64,000 bases of DNA. It comes from Enoplolaimus lenunculus. Its lineage: Eukaryota. Of this stretch, positions 51,368 through 64,000 are shown piece by piece (the first letter of the stretch is position 1; each line of letters begins with the position of its first letter). The stretch lies in the NCBI GenBank assembly GCA_030248215.1, contig JASANG010001107.1, positions 62,001-126,000 on the forward strand, given 5' to 3'. The position numbers and the translations under genes are program-made. Below the pieces are notes generated by a model that saw only the letters and a list, made by a program, of their open reading frames with translations, was not told the origin of the DNA and made no database searches.

Positions 51368-52511
51368 CTGTAAAGTATAAATTATGTTCTAATTGTAAAC
51401 ATGCTTTAAAATGGTATCACGCCAATTCCTCGCCCGACAGCTCGTCGACTCGATAATTGTCGCTGATAATCATGTTTTAATTCATCCCAACTGGACCTAG
51501 CACCCTTCTTTTTTAATTCTTTCTTTTGGGCACAACTGACTTGCTTCGTAGCGTTTTTTGTTCATTGCCATGTCCGTCAATATTTTTCAGGATTTAAAAA
51601 ACTTTATACGGGCTTTCTGAGTGTCTGTTGTTACAAATTTCAGCAGTTGAGGCCATTCTTCTGCTTTGGACTTTTTTTATAAATTCTAATTAAGCTTGTT
51701 ACCTCCATCCACTAACGGATCCTAACTAGGAAGACAAACTCCTATTGATTGGGACTCAAAATGGGGACGCTCCTCTGTTTATTCCACCTCTTATTCGAGT
51801 CACTACAGTAAAAGCGGAGGCGTAGGAAAATAACAAACAGTAGCGTGGGCTAAACTTTTGAAATTTATCAATTAACCTTAATGTGGGGAACTAAACAAGT
51901 ATGGTATCCATCTATGGGAGTAATTTGTTTACTTTTGCAGGTGTTCGGGCCATCCTGACCGGCTATTGTTTTAGGTCAAGTTTTAAGTTAAGATTGCGTT
52001 ATACTTGTCGTGCAGCACCGCACGTCAATGTTTACAAATTGATATGCTTCAAGAATAATCTTGCTAAAATGTCGTAATTCGTCGGAAAATTCGTAACTTA
52101 CTAACTTGAAATGAACAAAATTTCTACTGGCATAAAAATCTTATTGAGTGTGAATGGTTTACACACAAATATTTTATGTTAAGGTCAAAGATAAGCTACG
52201 GCTACGACTAAGCTTCATCCTAAACTATTTTCCAGGTCATTATGTAGGATGACTTTTTACGAAAAATGTTAGGATTGATTAAAGCAACCGAGTGCCTTGA
52301 TTCTAGCCTTAAAGGATACGACATTATGTCTACTTACTGTTTATAATCTTCGTCATGCATTATGCAGACTCTAAGTGTAGAAGAAAATTAATTACCCAAA
52401 TCAAACCATTTAGTTGGATGATAAAAATATAACTGATTGGTATATACGTTAAACACCTGAAATAAACCAAAAGTATCATATATGTACGTCGTATTTACGT
52501 GTTATATTTAT

Positions 52512-52801
52512 CAAGGTTGTTGGCCGGAAAAAATTGTCGGAAAAAATGCTTTTTTCATTTTTTCCATTCTTTTTCGAGGGGATGGAAAAAAATTGAAAAA
52601 TAAAAAATATTAAACGACTCTTAAGTATAATTTGCAACCAAATATGGTATCAAATAACGTTACGTAGATGACAGACATGTAACTAATTTACATTTACTCA
52701 AACAAAGATTGAATTTTTTCCATTTTTCCATTTTATTCCGGAAAAAATGAAAAAATTCATTATTTTCCGGTCATAATTTTGTTTCGGAAAAACCAACCCT
52801 G
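52512..52801. mobile_element. hAT-type MITE (distinct family)
   Basis: TIRs CAAGGTTG / CAACCCTG. Perfect 8-bp TSD ATATTTAT. Confidence 0.85.
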
Positions 52802-53508
52802 ATATTTATCAACAATACAGTTTCTCAAACATCCTCGTGGAGCAAGATTAAGCTAAACGTACGGTGACAAGAAAACCGCAATCAGCGTTTCCCTGAAAAA
52901 CGGAACTAAAATTTATATTCATAGATTACAATCCGGCCAACTCTGCAAGCTGAATTTCATTTCCCAATTTAAAATTTGGGGTCAAAAAATCAATAAAAGA
53001 AAACGCTGTATCTTCAAACGGGCAAAACACGAATACATTGAGTGATTCTTACACAGTTTCTGTTGTAACTTTCATGCAAACAGCTACGAAATTTTAATTA
53101 TGCGTGGGTCTGCCGCCGGGACCGATCCCTGGATAGCTATACACTTAAATACTTCTTGATTGAAAGCTAACACTAGTTATACATTACAATAGTTCTTACG
53201 ATTGTGACACGTAAACAAAGCGGACGGTAACCTAATATAATGCCAACAAACGACATTGCGCCATTCTATACCTCAGTGCACTCAAAATTTATTTAAGCAT
53301 TGTCACGTGGCACACTTAGCCAAGCTGGAAACAAAAACTATCCGTTTCCACAGCAAGACGCATCTTCCCTTTGAAATTTTTTTATCCCATTTCTAAATCA
53401 TGTAAAATGTTCAGATGCCCGTCCTAAAACAATTTTGGTCCACCTAGCTCGTTGAGCTGGCCACTTGAATGAAATTAACTAACAAAGGAAGACCAGGCTA
53501 ACAAAACG

Positions 53509-53699
53509 GGCCAATGTTACTTTTAGGTGTGTAACAGTAGATTAAACGTATTCCTAAATCTAGCCCTAAGCATAAGCGTCACAAAAGCGTGTTCCTAAGG
53601 CCAAGCTTAAGCCTAAGGAAAAAATGTAATCTAGAATCTAAACCTACTCTCTTACAGACCCACCAGAAACCTGGCCGTCCCATGAAAGTAACATTGCCC
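53509..53699. mobile_element. GG-terminal MITE family A with internal (GCCTAA)n
   Basis: Same TIRs. 8-bp TSD ACAAAACG/ATAAAACG. Confidence 0.88.
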
Positions 53700-53809
53700 A
53701 TAAAACGCATCAAAGGTAAACATAGGTATGCTGCCTGTCAGTTCACAACACAGTGACACATTCTATTTCTAAAATACAGTCACGGATAAAGGGTTTTGAT
53801 ACAACTCTG

Positions 53810-53823
53810 GTTGCCATGGAAAT
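53810..53823. promoter_or_regulatory. X-box-like motif upstream of the two-TM gene
   Basis: GTTGCCATGGAAAT: perfect left half, imperfect right half. Confidence 0.4.
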
Positions 53824-54990
53824 ATTTTGAAAGTGCCATAAAGTAGGAGGAGCTGGTATTGTGTGTTCAGACTTGCAACCAGGTGTTTTTAGTAGAGGTC
53901 ACCAAGACGATTTACGTTTGAGGCGGGACAACGAAAATTTTCGTAACATAGAATTTAATGCAGTTGCAAAAAAATTACGCCAGAAGGGACAACGCTGTTC
54001 GTAGGGTGTGCAGCTCAATATAGAATCACATAGCTACTTAAGCTTCTTCTGGTTTCGAAGGCTTTGGCATAAATGGCGGTACGCAGCTCAAAACAAGCGA
54101 CAGACGGCTTTCAACCACGCCAAAGGAACTTTGGTTAAGACTGTGAAAATTTTAAAAAAGCAAGCGTTGTTGCCCATTTTCGTACTACCATAACGATAAT
54201 GTTATTTTACCAATGTACCGATACGGACAAATCGGTTCAACACTCACAACAAACGTAGGCTTCAGCTTGGGTTTAGGAATTTCCAAAAATTACGCTGTAT
54301 TGTGGTTAGTGTGCGTATGAGGGCACATCACCGTTGGTAGGTAGAAATATAACTGAAGGAAAATAATGAAGAATATCTCAAAATGACATTGTTAAATCGA
54401 TATGAGACTAAATAGCTTATATGTTGTCATTGTTGTCATATACATTTTGAGATATCTATAGTAAACTAGCGAATGCAAAGGTTTAATTTGGATAGAACCA
54501 ATCATACATGCTATCATACATACGTTAATTCCTTTATGACACAAGAAATTTTTGCCAAAAAACTAGCCAAATTATATATCTTTCTCTGCAGACAGCACCT
54601 AAAGTCGAATGATGTTAAATTGTGCACGATCAGACGATTGGCTAACGAGTTATGTGAACAAATAACCGAGGAATGAATATGCTGTTGGAGATGAGTGAAT
54701 ATATTTCCGGTGTTAAAACTGGTAAAATTACAGAACGTAAGGTCATTCATAGGTGTCAGATAGTTGAACGGACAATTTAAAGTTGTGCAATACTTATATA
54801 TGCTGCTCACCGCCATCTGCCAAAGCAAGCTTCCGTGTCCACATCGCATCATACCACCAAGCTACGTCGCACCACCATTAGTCAAAGAAAGCCAGTCAAG
54901 TTACACAAATCCAATGAAAACGCTTAGCCCCGCTTGTATATTTCATGTGATATGCTCGTGAGCCCGCCGATCCATCTTTTATTTTTTGCC

Positions 54991-55193
54991 GAATCTAAAT
55001 TCGTCACCCGACAACTTGTCGCCCAACAGTGGTCTAAAGCCAACTAATTAATATAAAGCATAATCCTAATTGTAATTCTAAACCTACGCCTTTGTCTAAG
55101 CATGGTGATCGGTGACACATTGTCGAGTCGATGACATTTCGGATCACAAGTTGTCGGTCGACGAGTTGTCTAGCGACGAATTGTCGTGATACC
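54991..55193. mobile_element. MITE with 9-bp TSD (Mutator-like), GACAA(C/T)TCGTC subrepeats
   Basis: Ends GAATCT...GATACC. Flanks TTTTTTGCC / TTTTTTGTC. Relatives at about 26057, 49085-49258 and 51413. Confidence 0.75.
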
Positions 55194-55460
55194 TTTTTTG
55201 TCCCATAGCATGTTGTGATGGCTTCCGGGGCGCGAGCTACAACGCTGACACGCAATATATAATAGCAAAACCCACTCAGGTCAAGCACAAGAAACAAGAA
55301 CCCAAACACAATTTTAGTACTAACTCTGATTTCATAAGTTTGGTTTTGTGTTAGTCTGGTCTTGTGTTAGTCTGGTCTGGTCCTGGTGCTGTAGTGGAGA
55401 ATTCTATCTGTTGTGTAACGTCGCTTGGCCTTGCCTCTACCGGTTTCACCAATGTGCGGC

Positions 55461-55668
55461 GGTGTCACCACAATTCGTCGCCCGACAACTCATCGACCGA
55501 CAACTTGTAACCCGACATGCGTTCGCCTCGGACAACTCGTCGACCTGATAATTTGTCACCCAGCTTAGCCTAACGCGCGTCCGGTCGACGAGATATCGAG
55601 GTGACAAGTTGTCAGGCTCGACGAGATGCCTGGCTACCAGGTATCGGGCGACGAATGATCTCAGATTC
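55461..55668. mobile_element. Second copy of the 9-bp-TSD MITE, inverted relative to 54991-55193
   Basis: Ends GGTGTC...AGATTC. Flanks ATGTGCGGC / GTGTGCGGT. Confidence 0.72.
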
Positions 55669-56582
55669 GTGTGCGGTGTAGCGGAAACTCAAACTCAAAT
55701 ATGACAAATAAAAAATATAACCGAACAATCAAAAAAACTAATACAAGTAGTATTCGATGTATCGTTCGCATAAAACTAAAACAGCAATAATACACACAGA
55801 TAAAATTTTCTCAAAATATGCGAATGTACACACACATTGCTCACAGACGACATTACATGGGTTATGCTCTGCTCGTACTGTAGTGCACTCTCGACGTTAA
55901 AAGAACAAAAAATATAGTAATCTAAAAGCGTACACATAAAGGATACGGCTGGCTGGAAGGCCGAAAGGAATGAGCGTTTAGCGGTTTCTGGCAGGGGCGT
56001 GTACATGCGGAGGGATACAAAGGATATCTCAACACCCGTAGCTAGTTCAACAAGGATTAAGGGAGCTAAAACAATTTTAGGATGGGTTTTTACGGTTGAC
56101 CTCATACGATATTCAAGCGGGGTTGAAACTTGTAGGAGTAGAAGGTCGGCCAATTTTTCCACGGTTGGAGTTTTTCCCCTGTGGCTGGCATTCCTCTGGC
56201 TACTGACACGTGTGCGCCCCCCTTTCGAAATTCCGTAGTTTTCTGGCTTGCGATTACTTTGTGAACTTTAGAGGTCAAAAATTTTCTTTTACATTGCAAA
56301 AACCAACGGATGCCAAGGATGGTGCCAAAAACATAGCAGGTGAATCATGCGATTATTTTTACAGTACTGGAGCAGGCTAAGGTGGGTCACTCACTCCAAA
56401 TTCCAGGTTGGGCATCCCTTGTGATCAAAATATTTTTCAAATTGTTAATTTTTAAATACATATTCAAGTAATATTGATGTGTATTAATTTTGATCAGTTC
56501 AAAGTTCATTAAGATTATTTAAGATTTGTGCAGCCGAAACACCATTACACCACCTAGTTACCAGTCGTAGTAGAACTACATG

Positions 56583-57389
56583 TATTGAGCGAAGCTTGGA
56601 CATACTGGTGAGAATTTAAAAAGTCGTACTTTAGGCTTAACTATTTAAGCTAATATGCAAATTAATATGAGCTAACTATTCAGTTATCGGTATTGGATGT
56701 TTATTAACAGTTTGTTCAGATTTCTCGCCCAGAAACTCTTTAGTACTGAATTTGATTGCTTGTAACCCTAATAATCAGTGAAATAATATAAGTCCTAATT
56801 TTAGCTTAACTAATTAAGCTAATATGCAAATTAGGTATTAGCTAGCTATTTAATCATCGGCGTTGAAGGTATATAGACAATTTATACCGATTGCTCGCAC
56901 CCAAAAACCCTTCAGTAGACCTAATAATCAGTGAAATAATTTAAAAGTTCCTAATTTAGGCTTATTAATCAAGCTAATATGTAAATTATCTATTGACCAA
57001 CTATTCAATTATCTGTTTTGGAGGTTTGTAAGCAATTTATTCAAATTTTTCGCCCCCAAAAACCATTTAGTACTCAATTGGATTGCTTGTATCTTTAATA
57101 ATTAGTCAAATACAGTAAAAAGTACTCATTTAGGCTTAACCAATCATGCAAATTAGCCGGTAGCTAATAAACGGCCTAAAGTTTTAAAACCCCAATCCGA
57201 GGTTAACATCCCAGGATAAAAAGCTTTCAAACAAAAAAGTTTATCAAAATCGGTTCAGCGATTCCTGAGATTCTTTTCGGACGAACGGACGGACGGACAG
57301 ACGGACATCCACCTTTCGACCACCGAGCACAAGATATAAAACGCTTCGCGGAACTCTGAACTTCGCTCGGAGTTTTGCTTTGCTCAATA
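56583..57389. mobile_element. DINE-1/HINE-like (non-autonomous Helentron-like) element with internal tandem subrepeats
   Basis: AAAATCGGTTCAG block followed by a (CGGA/CAGA)n microsatellite at about 57280-57306. Four subrepeats of about 155-175 bp (TTAGGCTTAA...AAGCTAATATGCAAATTA at about 56631, 56801, 56956, 57130). Terminal inverted 13-mers TATTGAGCGAAGC / GCTTTGCTCAATA. Confidence 0.7.
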
Positions 57390-58073
57390 TATTTATCGAC
57401 GGCTATTTTCAAAATACGTGCATTTTGGAAAACTGCGTTGAATTTTGCAGCAATTCTGTAATTAGAATGGGTACTTTACTTTTACTCAATCTATTCCAAA
57501 TCGGGACGCAACCAGGATTTTAGTTCTGGAGGTGAACTCATGTAAACCTGATTTGCAAGCGAGGCTCTCGGACGAAAAACCTTTTTGGACTTTTGCAGGC
57601 TATAGTTAAGCCGGTAAAAGTGCTTTTGCTCATCGCCGTAGCCAAATTTTGGAATGCGATATTTAGTCACACCCACTTGTATACCTCCAAGATTAACTTG
57701 ATTTAAATACATCTTGATTGGGCTGGAATAAGCTTAGGCCTTGAAAAGAGATTCGCAATATTAACGGACAGTTTAGGCGTTTTGGTACACCGAGAAACTT
57801 TTCTTTCGTCAGTTCATAAAGGTGACTTCTTTACGCAATCATCCCAACAAATTTCGTTCAAATTATTTTAGAGATAACTCCACTATAGCGCCTCACTTAT
57901 GCTTGCGGGATTTTGTCTCCGTTCAAGTGGGATTTGCAGTGTCTACATCTTATATGGACACTATTTTAGGGCTATGACCTCTAGTGCACCTTTGGACAGT
58001 GGTCGTATTTAGGAGGCAAGTTGCCGGGATTTCTTTTATCCAGAGGGTCTAGACAGTCACAAGCTACAGTGTA

Positions 58074-59377
58074 TTAAGTTGAATTGTAGAAGTGCTGGCG
58101 AAGCGAGTGGAAAAATTGACACAAATTAGTGCCTGATCCTATATATCTAAAAACATAAAGACGCCTTTAAGTTGAATTGTAGAAGTTCTGGCGAAGCGAG
58201 TGGAAAAATTGACACAAATTAGTGCCTGATCCTATATATCTAAAAACATAAAGACGCCTTTAAGTTGAATTGTAGAAGTACTGGCGAAGCGAGTGGAAAA
58301 ATTGACACAAATTAGTGCCTGATCCTATATATCTAAAAACATAAAGACGCCTTTAAGTTGAATTGTAGAAGTACTGGCGAAGCGAGTGGAAAAATTGACA
58401 CAAATTAGTGCCTGATCCTATATATCTAAAAACATAAAGACGCCTTTAAGTTGAATTGTAGAAGTACTGGCGAAGCGAGTGGAAAAATTGACACAAATTA
58501 GTGCCTGATCTTATATATCTAAAAACATAAAGACGCCTTTAAGTTGAATTGTAGAAGTACTGGCGAAGCGAGTGGAAAAATTGACACAAATTAGTGCCTG
58601 ATCCTATATATCTAAAAACATAAAGATGCCTTTAAGTTGAATTGTAGAAGTACTGGCGAAGCGAGTGGAAAAATTGACACAAATTAGTGCCTGATCCTAT
58701 ATATCTAAAAACATAAAGACGCCTTTAAGTTGAATTGTAGAAGTACTGACGAAGCGAGTGGAAAAATTGACACAAATTAGTGCCTGATCCTATATATCTA
58801 AAAACATAAAGACGCCTTTAAGTTGAATTGTAGAAGTACTGGCGAAGCGAGTGGAAAAATTGACACAAATTAGTGCCTGATCCTATATATCTAAAAACAT
58901 AAAGACGTCTTTAAGTTGAATTGTAGAAGTACTGGCGAAGCGAGTGGAAAAATTGACACAAATTAGTGCCTGATCCTATATATCTAAAAACATAAAAACG
59001 CCTTTACGTTGAATTGTAGAAGTACTGGCGAAGCGAGTGGAAAAATTGACACAAATTAGTGCCTGATCCTATATATCTAAAAACATAAAGACGCCTTTAA
59101 GTTGTATTGTAGAAGTACTGGCGAAGCGAGTGGAAAAATTGACACAAATTAGTGCCTGATCCTATATATCTAAAAACATAAAGACGCCTTTAATTTGAAT
59201 TGTAGAAGTACTGGCGAAGCGAGTGGAAAAATTGACACAAATTAGTGCCTGATCCTATATATCTAAAAACATAAAGACGCCTTCAAGTTGAATTGTAGAA
59301 GTACTGGCGAAGCGAGTGGAAAAATTGACACAAATTAGTGCCTGATCCTATATATCTAAAAACATAAAGACGCCTTC
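58074..59377. repeat. 93-bp tandem satellite, 14 copies
   Basis: The unit start GAATTGTAGAAG recurs every 93 bp from 58081 to 59290 (one copy reads GTATTG). Units are near-identical. Confidence 0.98.
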
Positions 59378-61330
59378 AGTAGCACATTTGCAATTATATT
59401 CTTATTCCATCAATTATATCAGCGCCTGTGGGTCTAAACTGCTTGGAACCACGGGTAACCGTTCATCGGCAAAACCATGCGCAACCAAAAAATTATTGAT
59501 ATCGCTTTCTATCAAGATATTAAACGCAAAACGATGAAAACTGCTACTAAAATTTACGAAAACTTGCTAAATAAACGCAGTCTTGGTGCATGAATACAGG
59601 CATAAAGTTTTGCTCTTGCGTTGTACAGTTGAATAACAAACACTGTACTACTGTACAGCAATAATCTTTAGCGCATCTATATTGCATTAAATATTTTTTA
59701 ATTTTTTTACTACACCAATGCATCCAATCACAGTTGCAGATCAAACGGGAGGCATCCAGGCCAAGGCTCCAGTGTGATAGGGATCCAAACCAAAGTTTTG
59801 AGTTAAGATTTAAAATTGCGTTTAGGATTCTCGCTTGCACCGTTAAAACCAAGCTTTTCGCACTATTATATATCACGCACCCGTCTAGAAATTTGTCTAT
59901 TCGCCACTGATCGAACGAACTGAGACATATGGGATGTGGTACAATTTTAATTTTTGTTAGTTGTAAATGTTATTTTATTACGTTTATGCTTTGGAAATCT
60001 ATAAAATTAGGGTTCCAGCGATTTATCAAATTGTTCCCCCCACCCAAAGAATTTAGGAACGAAGCCGTTGCCATGCTTGCTAGTTCGATTTTGATAGTAA
60101 TGGACCACCCAGAAAACTTTAAAAGGGGATGTATAATAGAGACAAAAGCTTGCAAGAGATAAATAAACCAAACGCAATTTTGGGTCCAATGCCTACGTTA
60201 ACCCCTTGAATCAGCAAGTGCTTCTAAGACTGTTCACAAAAACATCAATCTCTGTGTGAATACTGTACACAAGGGCGGTATATAGTCAGTGCACCAAACT
60301 AGGGAGGTAAAATAAAAAGTTTAAATTTTTTAGTGTACAGTTTTTTAAATGTGTGGCTCTATGCATCGAAAATGCATATTGAAAAATGCAAAAAACACTG
60401 AGTTTTATGGAATGGTATGGATACACTTGAAGATTGCTAGAAGACGGATGCATTACGTCCACGCTAAGCAAAACAGGATTGGGCACCGGAAACAACGAGA
60501 GGAAAAAACGGTTTTTTTCAAGTTTTTTCGTTTCTTTTCGAGGGTTGGAAAAATCGGAAGAACTCTTTATTATAATCTTAGTAAATTTCTCGCAAAACAG
60601 CGACCAAACACCGCGGAAACCGTGAGAAATTAGTTTCTTTCACGCTCGCATCACGGTGAAACCTGATTTTACTGCGGAGGTATTTTAGTGGCGGATCCTG
60701 CAATTTCTTAAATGAAGAACCACACGTGATACAAACATCGGAAGAACTAGTGAACGAACCGAGCCGAGCCAAGAACTGTTATCCGTTTTGAACATTTTAA
60801 GTCGGTCGTGGCCATGTATAGCTGGGTATCGAACCGTTTTCCGCGAAACGTAAGCTTAAATTTTAGGCTAAACTTAAACCTGTTTCTCACGATATTTTTC
60901 GCGCCGACATTTGACATTGTTTCTCACGATGTATATTTTTATCGAACGCAGACATATTTTTAACCTTTTGTATATATAAGGTTTTTTAATATAGAAGCGA
61001 AACTGCTGCGGCAGGCGCAATTTTAATTTCTTCTATGATTCAAAAACTGAAATCTAGGTCTTTAAACGAAGACCTGGATATTTTTAGGGGAAACCGAAAA
61101 TTTCAGGGCTCGTGTACATTTCCTCAAATTTACAGTTAGGCTTTCGACAGAAGAGTGTGGTAACATTCTTCTGAAACATTTCGTTTCTCAAGCTCCCTAT
61201 AGTACTTACAGTACGAAATCCAACAGCTATAATGAGGTTGTGGCCGCGATCTACTGTGCACACCTGTTGAAAGAATCGAGACAAAAATATTGAAACCATG
61301 GGCAAAGTCACATCGCAAGATGATTCAAAC

Positions 61331-61455
61331 TCACAGATGACGTCAAATGTAGCGTTCACAGATGACGTCAAATGTAGCGTTCACAGATGACGTCAAATGT
61401 AGCGTTCACAGATGACGTCAAATGTAGCGTTCACAGATGACGTCAAATGTAGCGT
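61331..61455. repeat. 25-bp minisatellite x5, each unit containing a full CRE palindrome (TGACGTCA)
   Basis: TCACAGATGACGTCAAATGTAGCGT at 61331, 61356, 61381, 61406, 61431. Confidence 0.97.
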
Positions 61456-61463
61456 TGAGCTAG

Positions 61464-61477
61464 GTGACCATGGCGAC
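61464..61477. promoter_or_regulatory. X-box-like motif adjacent to the CRE array
   Basis: GTGACCATGGCGAC, 8 bp downstream of the last CRE-containing unit. Confidence 0.35.
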
Positions 61478-61641
61478 AAATCAAAATGTCCAGCGAAAGT
61501 GACAAATAACAATTGAACAGATTGTAGAGCAGCAAAATGGTAGCATAATTTGTTCCATCAATTATTCGTGGTAAAAGGAAGCGGCGGCTATGGCGAACAT
61601 GAAAATTAACGTGCGAAGCCAATCGAAAAACATGAACATCA

Positions 61642-62066
61642 TTGGGCAATCCGCAAGAAATTGTCGAAGATTAAAGGTGGTGGTGCTTGTTTTTTTCGCT
61701 GTATAAAAGCTACTGTACTGGTGTGGAGTCTGGTCACAACGATGTTTTTAATTGCATTGCGCAATTTATGTCAACTGATTTGCGAGAACGTTTAGATGCA
61801 TTTTACCGATCAAGATATTGCACCATACTTAACACAATACCAATATGGATGATTCCGAGACTTGGGCAGCAGAACAAGAAATAATTGCAACTGCTTACTA
61901 TCTATTAGCCACGATCTATGCGTTTCCTTCAAAAAATGCTCGTAATGGTGAAAAAACATGGTTACGGTTCAAGCCAGTAGTACTTGTTGGGTGCCCTAAG
62001 CATGACAGCGGAATTTTCAGTCTTAACGAGAATCACTACGAAACTTTGAGCGAATCGTCGGGGTGA
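61642..62066 (+). pseudogene. Frameshifted OTU-family cysteine protease relic, probably transposon (Helitron-type) derived
   Basis: Segments in shifting frames: LGNPQEIVE / IKGGGACFFRCI (cf. OTU GDGNCFFR) / SYCTGVESGHNDVFNCIAQFM / MDDSETWAAEQEIIATAYYLLATIYAF...WLRFKP...NENHYE (OTU W..E.EI helix and His motif). Confidence 0.7.
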
Positions 62067-62655
62067 AAATTCGGCCTGCCACAGCTAATTTGTTACATTC
62101 TATAGAGTTTTTTTAGTTTTGACAACTGTTATTTTTGATGGTGCAGTTATGATCTGTTGAGTTTGCCGTAGTCGGTATGTTTGTTCTGTTTGATGTTTAA
62201 TATAAGTAATCCTAGAATTAGTGGCTCTTTTATATAAGTTGCAATACAAAATTAAATTTGACTCAAATTTCTCACACGTTTTTCACGGGCCAACATTGTC
62301 GAAAACCGTTTATATCGCAAAAACTTTTCAAAACATAATAAAAGCACGAATAATATTTGTTTCACTTTAAAAGGGATATTTTTAAGAAAAACAGTGTTAT
62401 TTTGCCATAGATGTTTTATTTTGGCAAGCGCAAGGGTTAAGAGTTCTCATTTTCTCATTCGTGGTGTTAGCTTTTCAAGTGTTCTATATGCACTTTTCAC
62501 AGTGGTACATAAAAGTTCCAGTGGAACCGTTTTAAAATTTGAGCGTGGGAAAATCGTCTAGATTATATATTTGCTGACTAAAACATCAGTTTTCAATTGT
62601 TTAGAACCATATTCTTGCGCCACTTTCAGGAGCGAATATGTATGATGTAAAGAAG

Positions 62656-62805
62656 GGTCCATGTTACTGTAAGGTGCGTCCATGTTTTCGGTAGGTCCAC
62701 AAAAGAGTAGGTTTAGATTCTAGGTTACATTTTTTGCTTAGGCTTAGGCGTAGGTTTAGGCTTAGGCTTAGGAACACATTTTTGCAACGCTTAGCTTAGG
62801 CTTAA
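62656..62805. mobile_element. Truncated family A MITE, opposite orientation
   Basis: GGGTCCATGTTACT terminus followed by (TTAGGC)n, reverse-complementary to 15602-15816. Confidence 0.75.
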
Positions 62806-64000
62806 GAAGTGTATCCCCTTGTGAAATTTCTGAAGAGCCAAGAAAAAGCACATTTAACAAGCTTCAGCAGAATATAAAATGTTCAGAAATGTTTCTAATC
62901 GATATGCCGCAATAGAACGAAACCTTACAGCCATTTAACTTTTGAAGCTTGACAGCGTCTTGTATAAAATGTAAACTTTTATAAGCCTTTTAAAATCACC
63001 GACCTAAGTGTTCAGCCGTATAAATCAAATGCCAGAGGCTTACTGAATTGTAGATGACGTATATGGCCAAATTAGGGCTGGGAGCTCTAGAGCTGTCGCT
63101 GAAAGTTAGGTTTCTTTGCTATTTTCAACTTTACCCCGATATAGAGTGCAACAAAAATGTTCGCTGTGCCACAAGTATGCTTTCCATTTTAACCTTCGTA
63201 TAACGCTTTTGATTCATAAAATAATGTCAGGTGCTCTATTAATAGCTATAGGCCAATGTAAACAATAAGGGCCGAACGTTTTTCAGGGGCACCAATAGAG
63301 TAAGCTTAGTTTTCGAGTAATTTTCTTCTCAGGCATAGTCGCGAATTTGAATTTTAAACAATCTCGCCAGCTTCGCCACCCCTTTAGGTGTCGTTTGCTT
63401 TAGTTGTTGCTTAATTTTTGATGATCCAATGTCAAGTGCATTATAAATTCAATCGAGCAGCTTCGATGTTTAACATTCCCGAGATAAGCTTGGATGTGAT
63501 TTATCATCGCCTTGCCGTATGAACAAGAAGACTATGCACTGCAGTCCACTTCACTTTTAGGCAACGTATGGGGCGTCATGTAGACAGGGTCGTGTGAAAA
63601 ATCGAGCTGACACCGGGGCTAATGTTTCGGGTTTGCGGGCTCGAATTAACTACCTAGTCACGACACTGACATTTTCTGCTCCAGTCTTAGGAATAAACTG
63701 GGGTTAAAGGAATTTCAGCAGAGGCGTGCAAGAGTTTACGATGACTAAACACGCAAAGTTCAAATTACTCCTGCGTGTACCAAAATTCTTCAAATGGGGC
63801 TGAGTCCCCCTGACCCCGTCTCTACGGGCCCTTTCTCGAGTTTATTCCAACGAATCTAGAACGAGGCAAACCCATTAAATAGGAAGGAACGGCGGGTATT
63901 GCTAACCCAGAAAGGGCTGCAGCTACGAGAAGCGGGTCGGGGTGGGAAAGAGGATTTCTACAAACGTCGCTTACCACACTTGGTGGTAAAAGTAAGTGAC

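Noticed and set aside
52396..52456. First coding exon of the two-TM gene
   Set aside because: Splice signals are good, but the frame joining exon 51367 contains TGA. At best this is a 5'-UTR exon with a 2-codon uORF.
55776..56238. 128-aa and 79-aa overlapping ORFs, faintly like a LINE endonuclease (DLLLLQ...YTP)
   Set aside because: Motif spacing is too short and catalytic residues are not evident. No splice link to the two-TM gene was found.

Overview
AT-rich, intron-rich eukaryotic genomic DNA, probably from a nematode. This is inferred from dispersed (TTAGGC/GCCTAA)n motifs and frequent TTTCAG-like acceptors. Four spliced protein-coding genes can be reconstructed by hand with consistent GT-AG phases: MFSD12 (+, 10 exons, 517 aa), calcyphosin-like CAPSL (-, 4 exons, 208 aa), enolase (-, 10 exons, 433 aa), and an unrecognised two-TM protein (-, at least 4 exons) whose tail carries PSAP, PPPY, YxxL, polyQ and a class I PDZ-ligand terminus. 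The rest is largely repetitive. It holds hAT-type MITEs with 8-bp TSDs, GG-terminal 8-bp-TSD MITEs carrying telomere-type repeats, 9-bp-TSD MITEs, a DINE-1/HINE-like element, a repeat family with tRNA-like modules, 40-bp and 93-bp satellites, a 5x CRE minisatellite, a Gypsy integrase relic and a frameshifted OTU protease relic. Several RFX X-box motifs lie upstream of minus-strand genes or ORFs. The long ORFs at 18-20.5 kb derive from the satellite. There is no CRISPR array or prokaryotic system.
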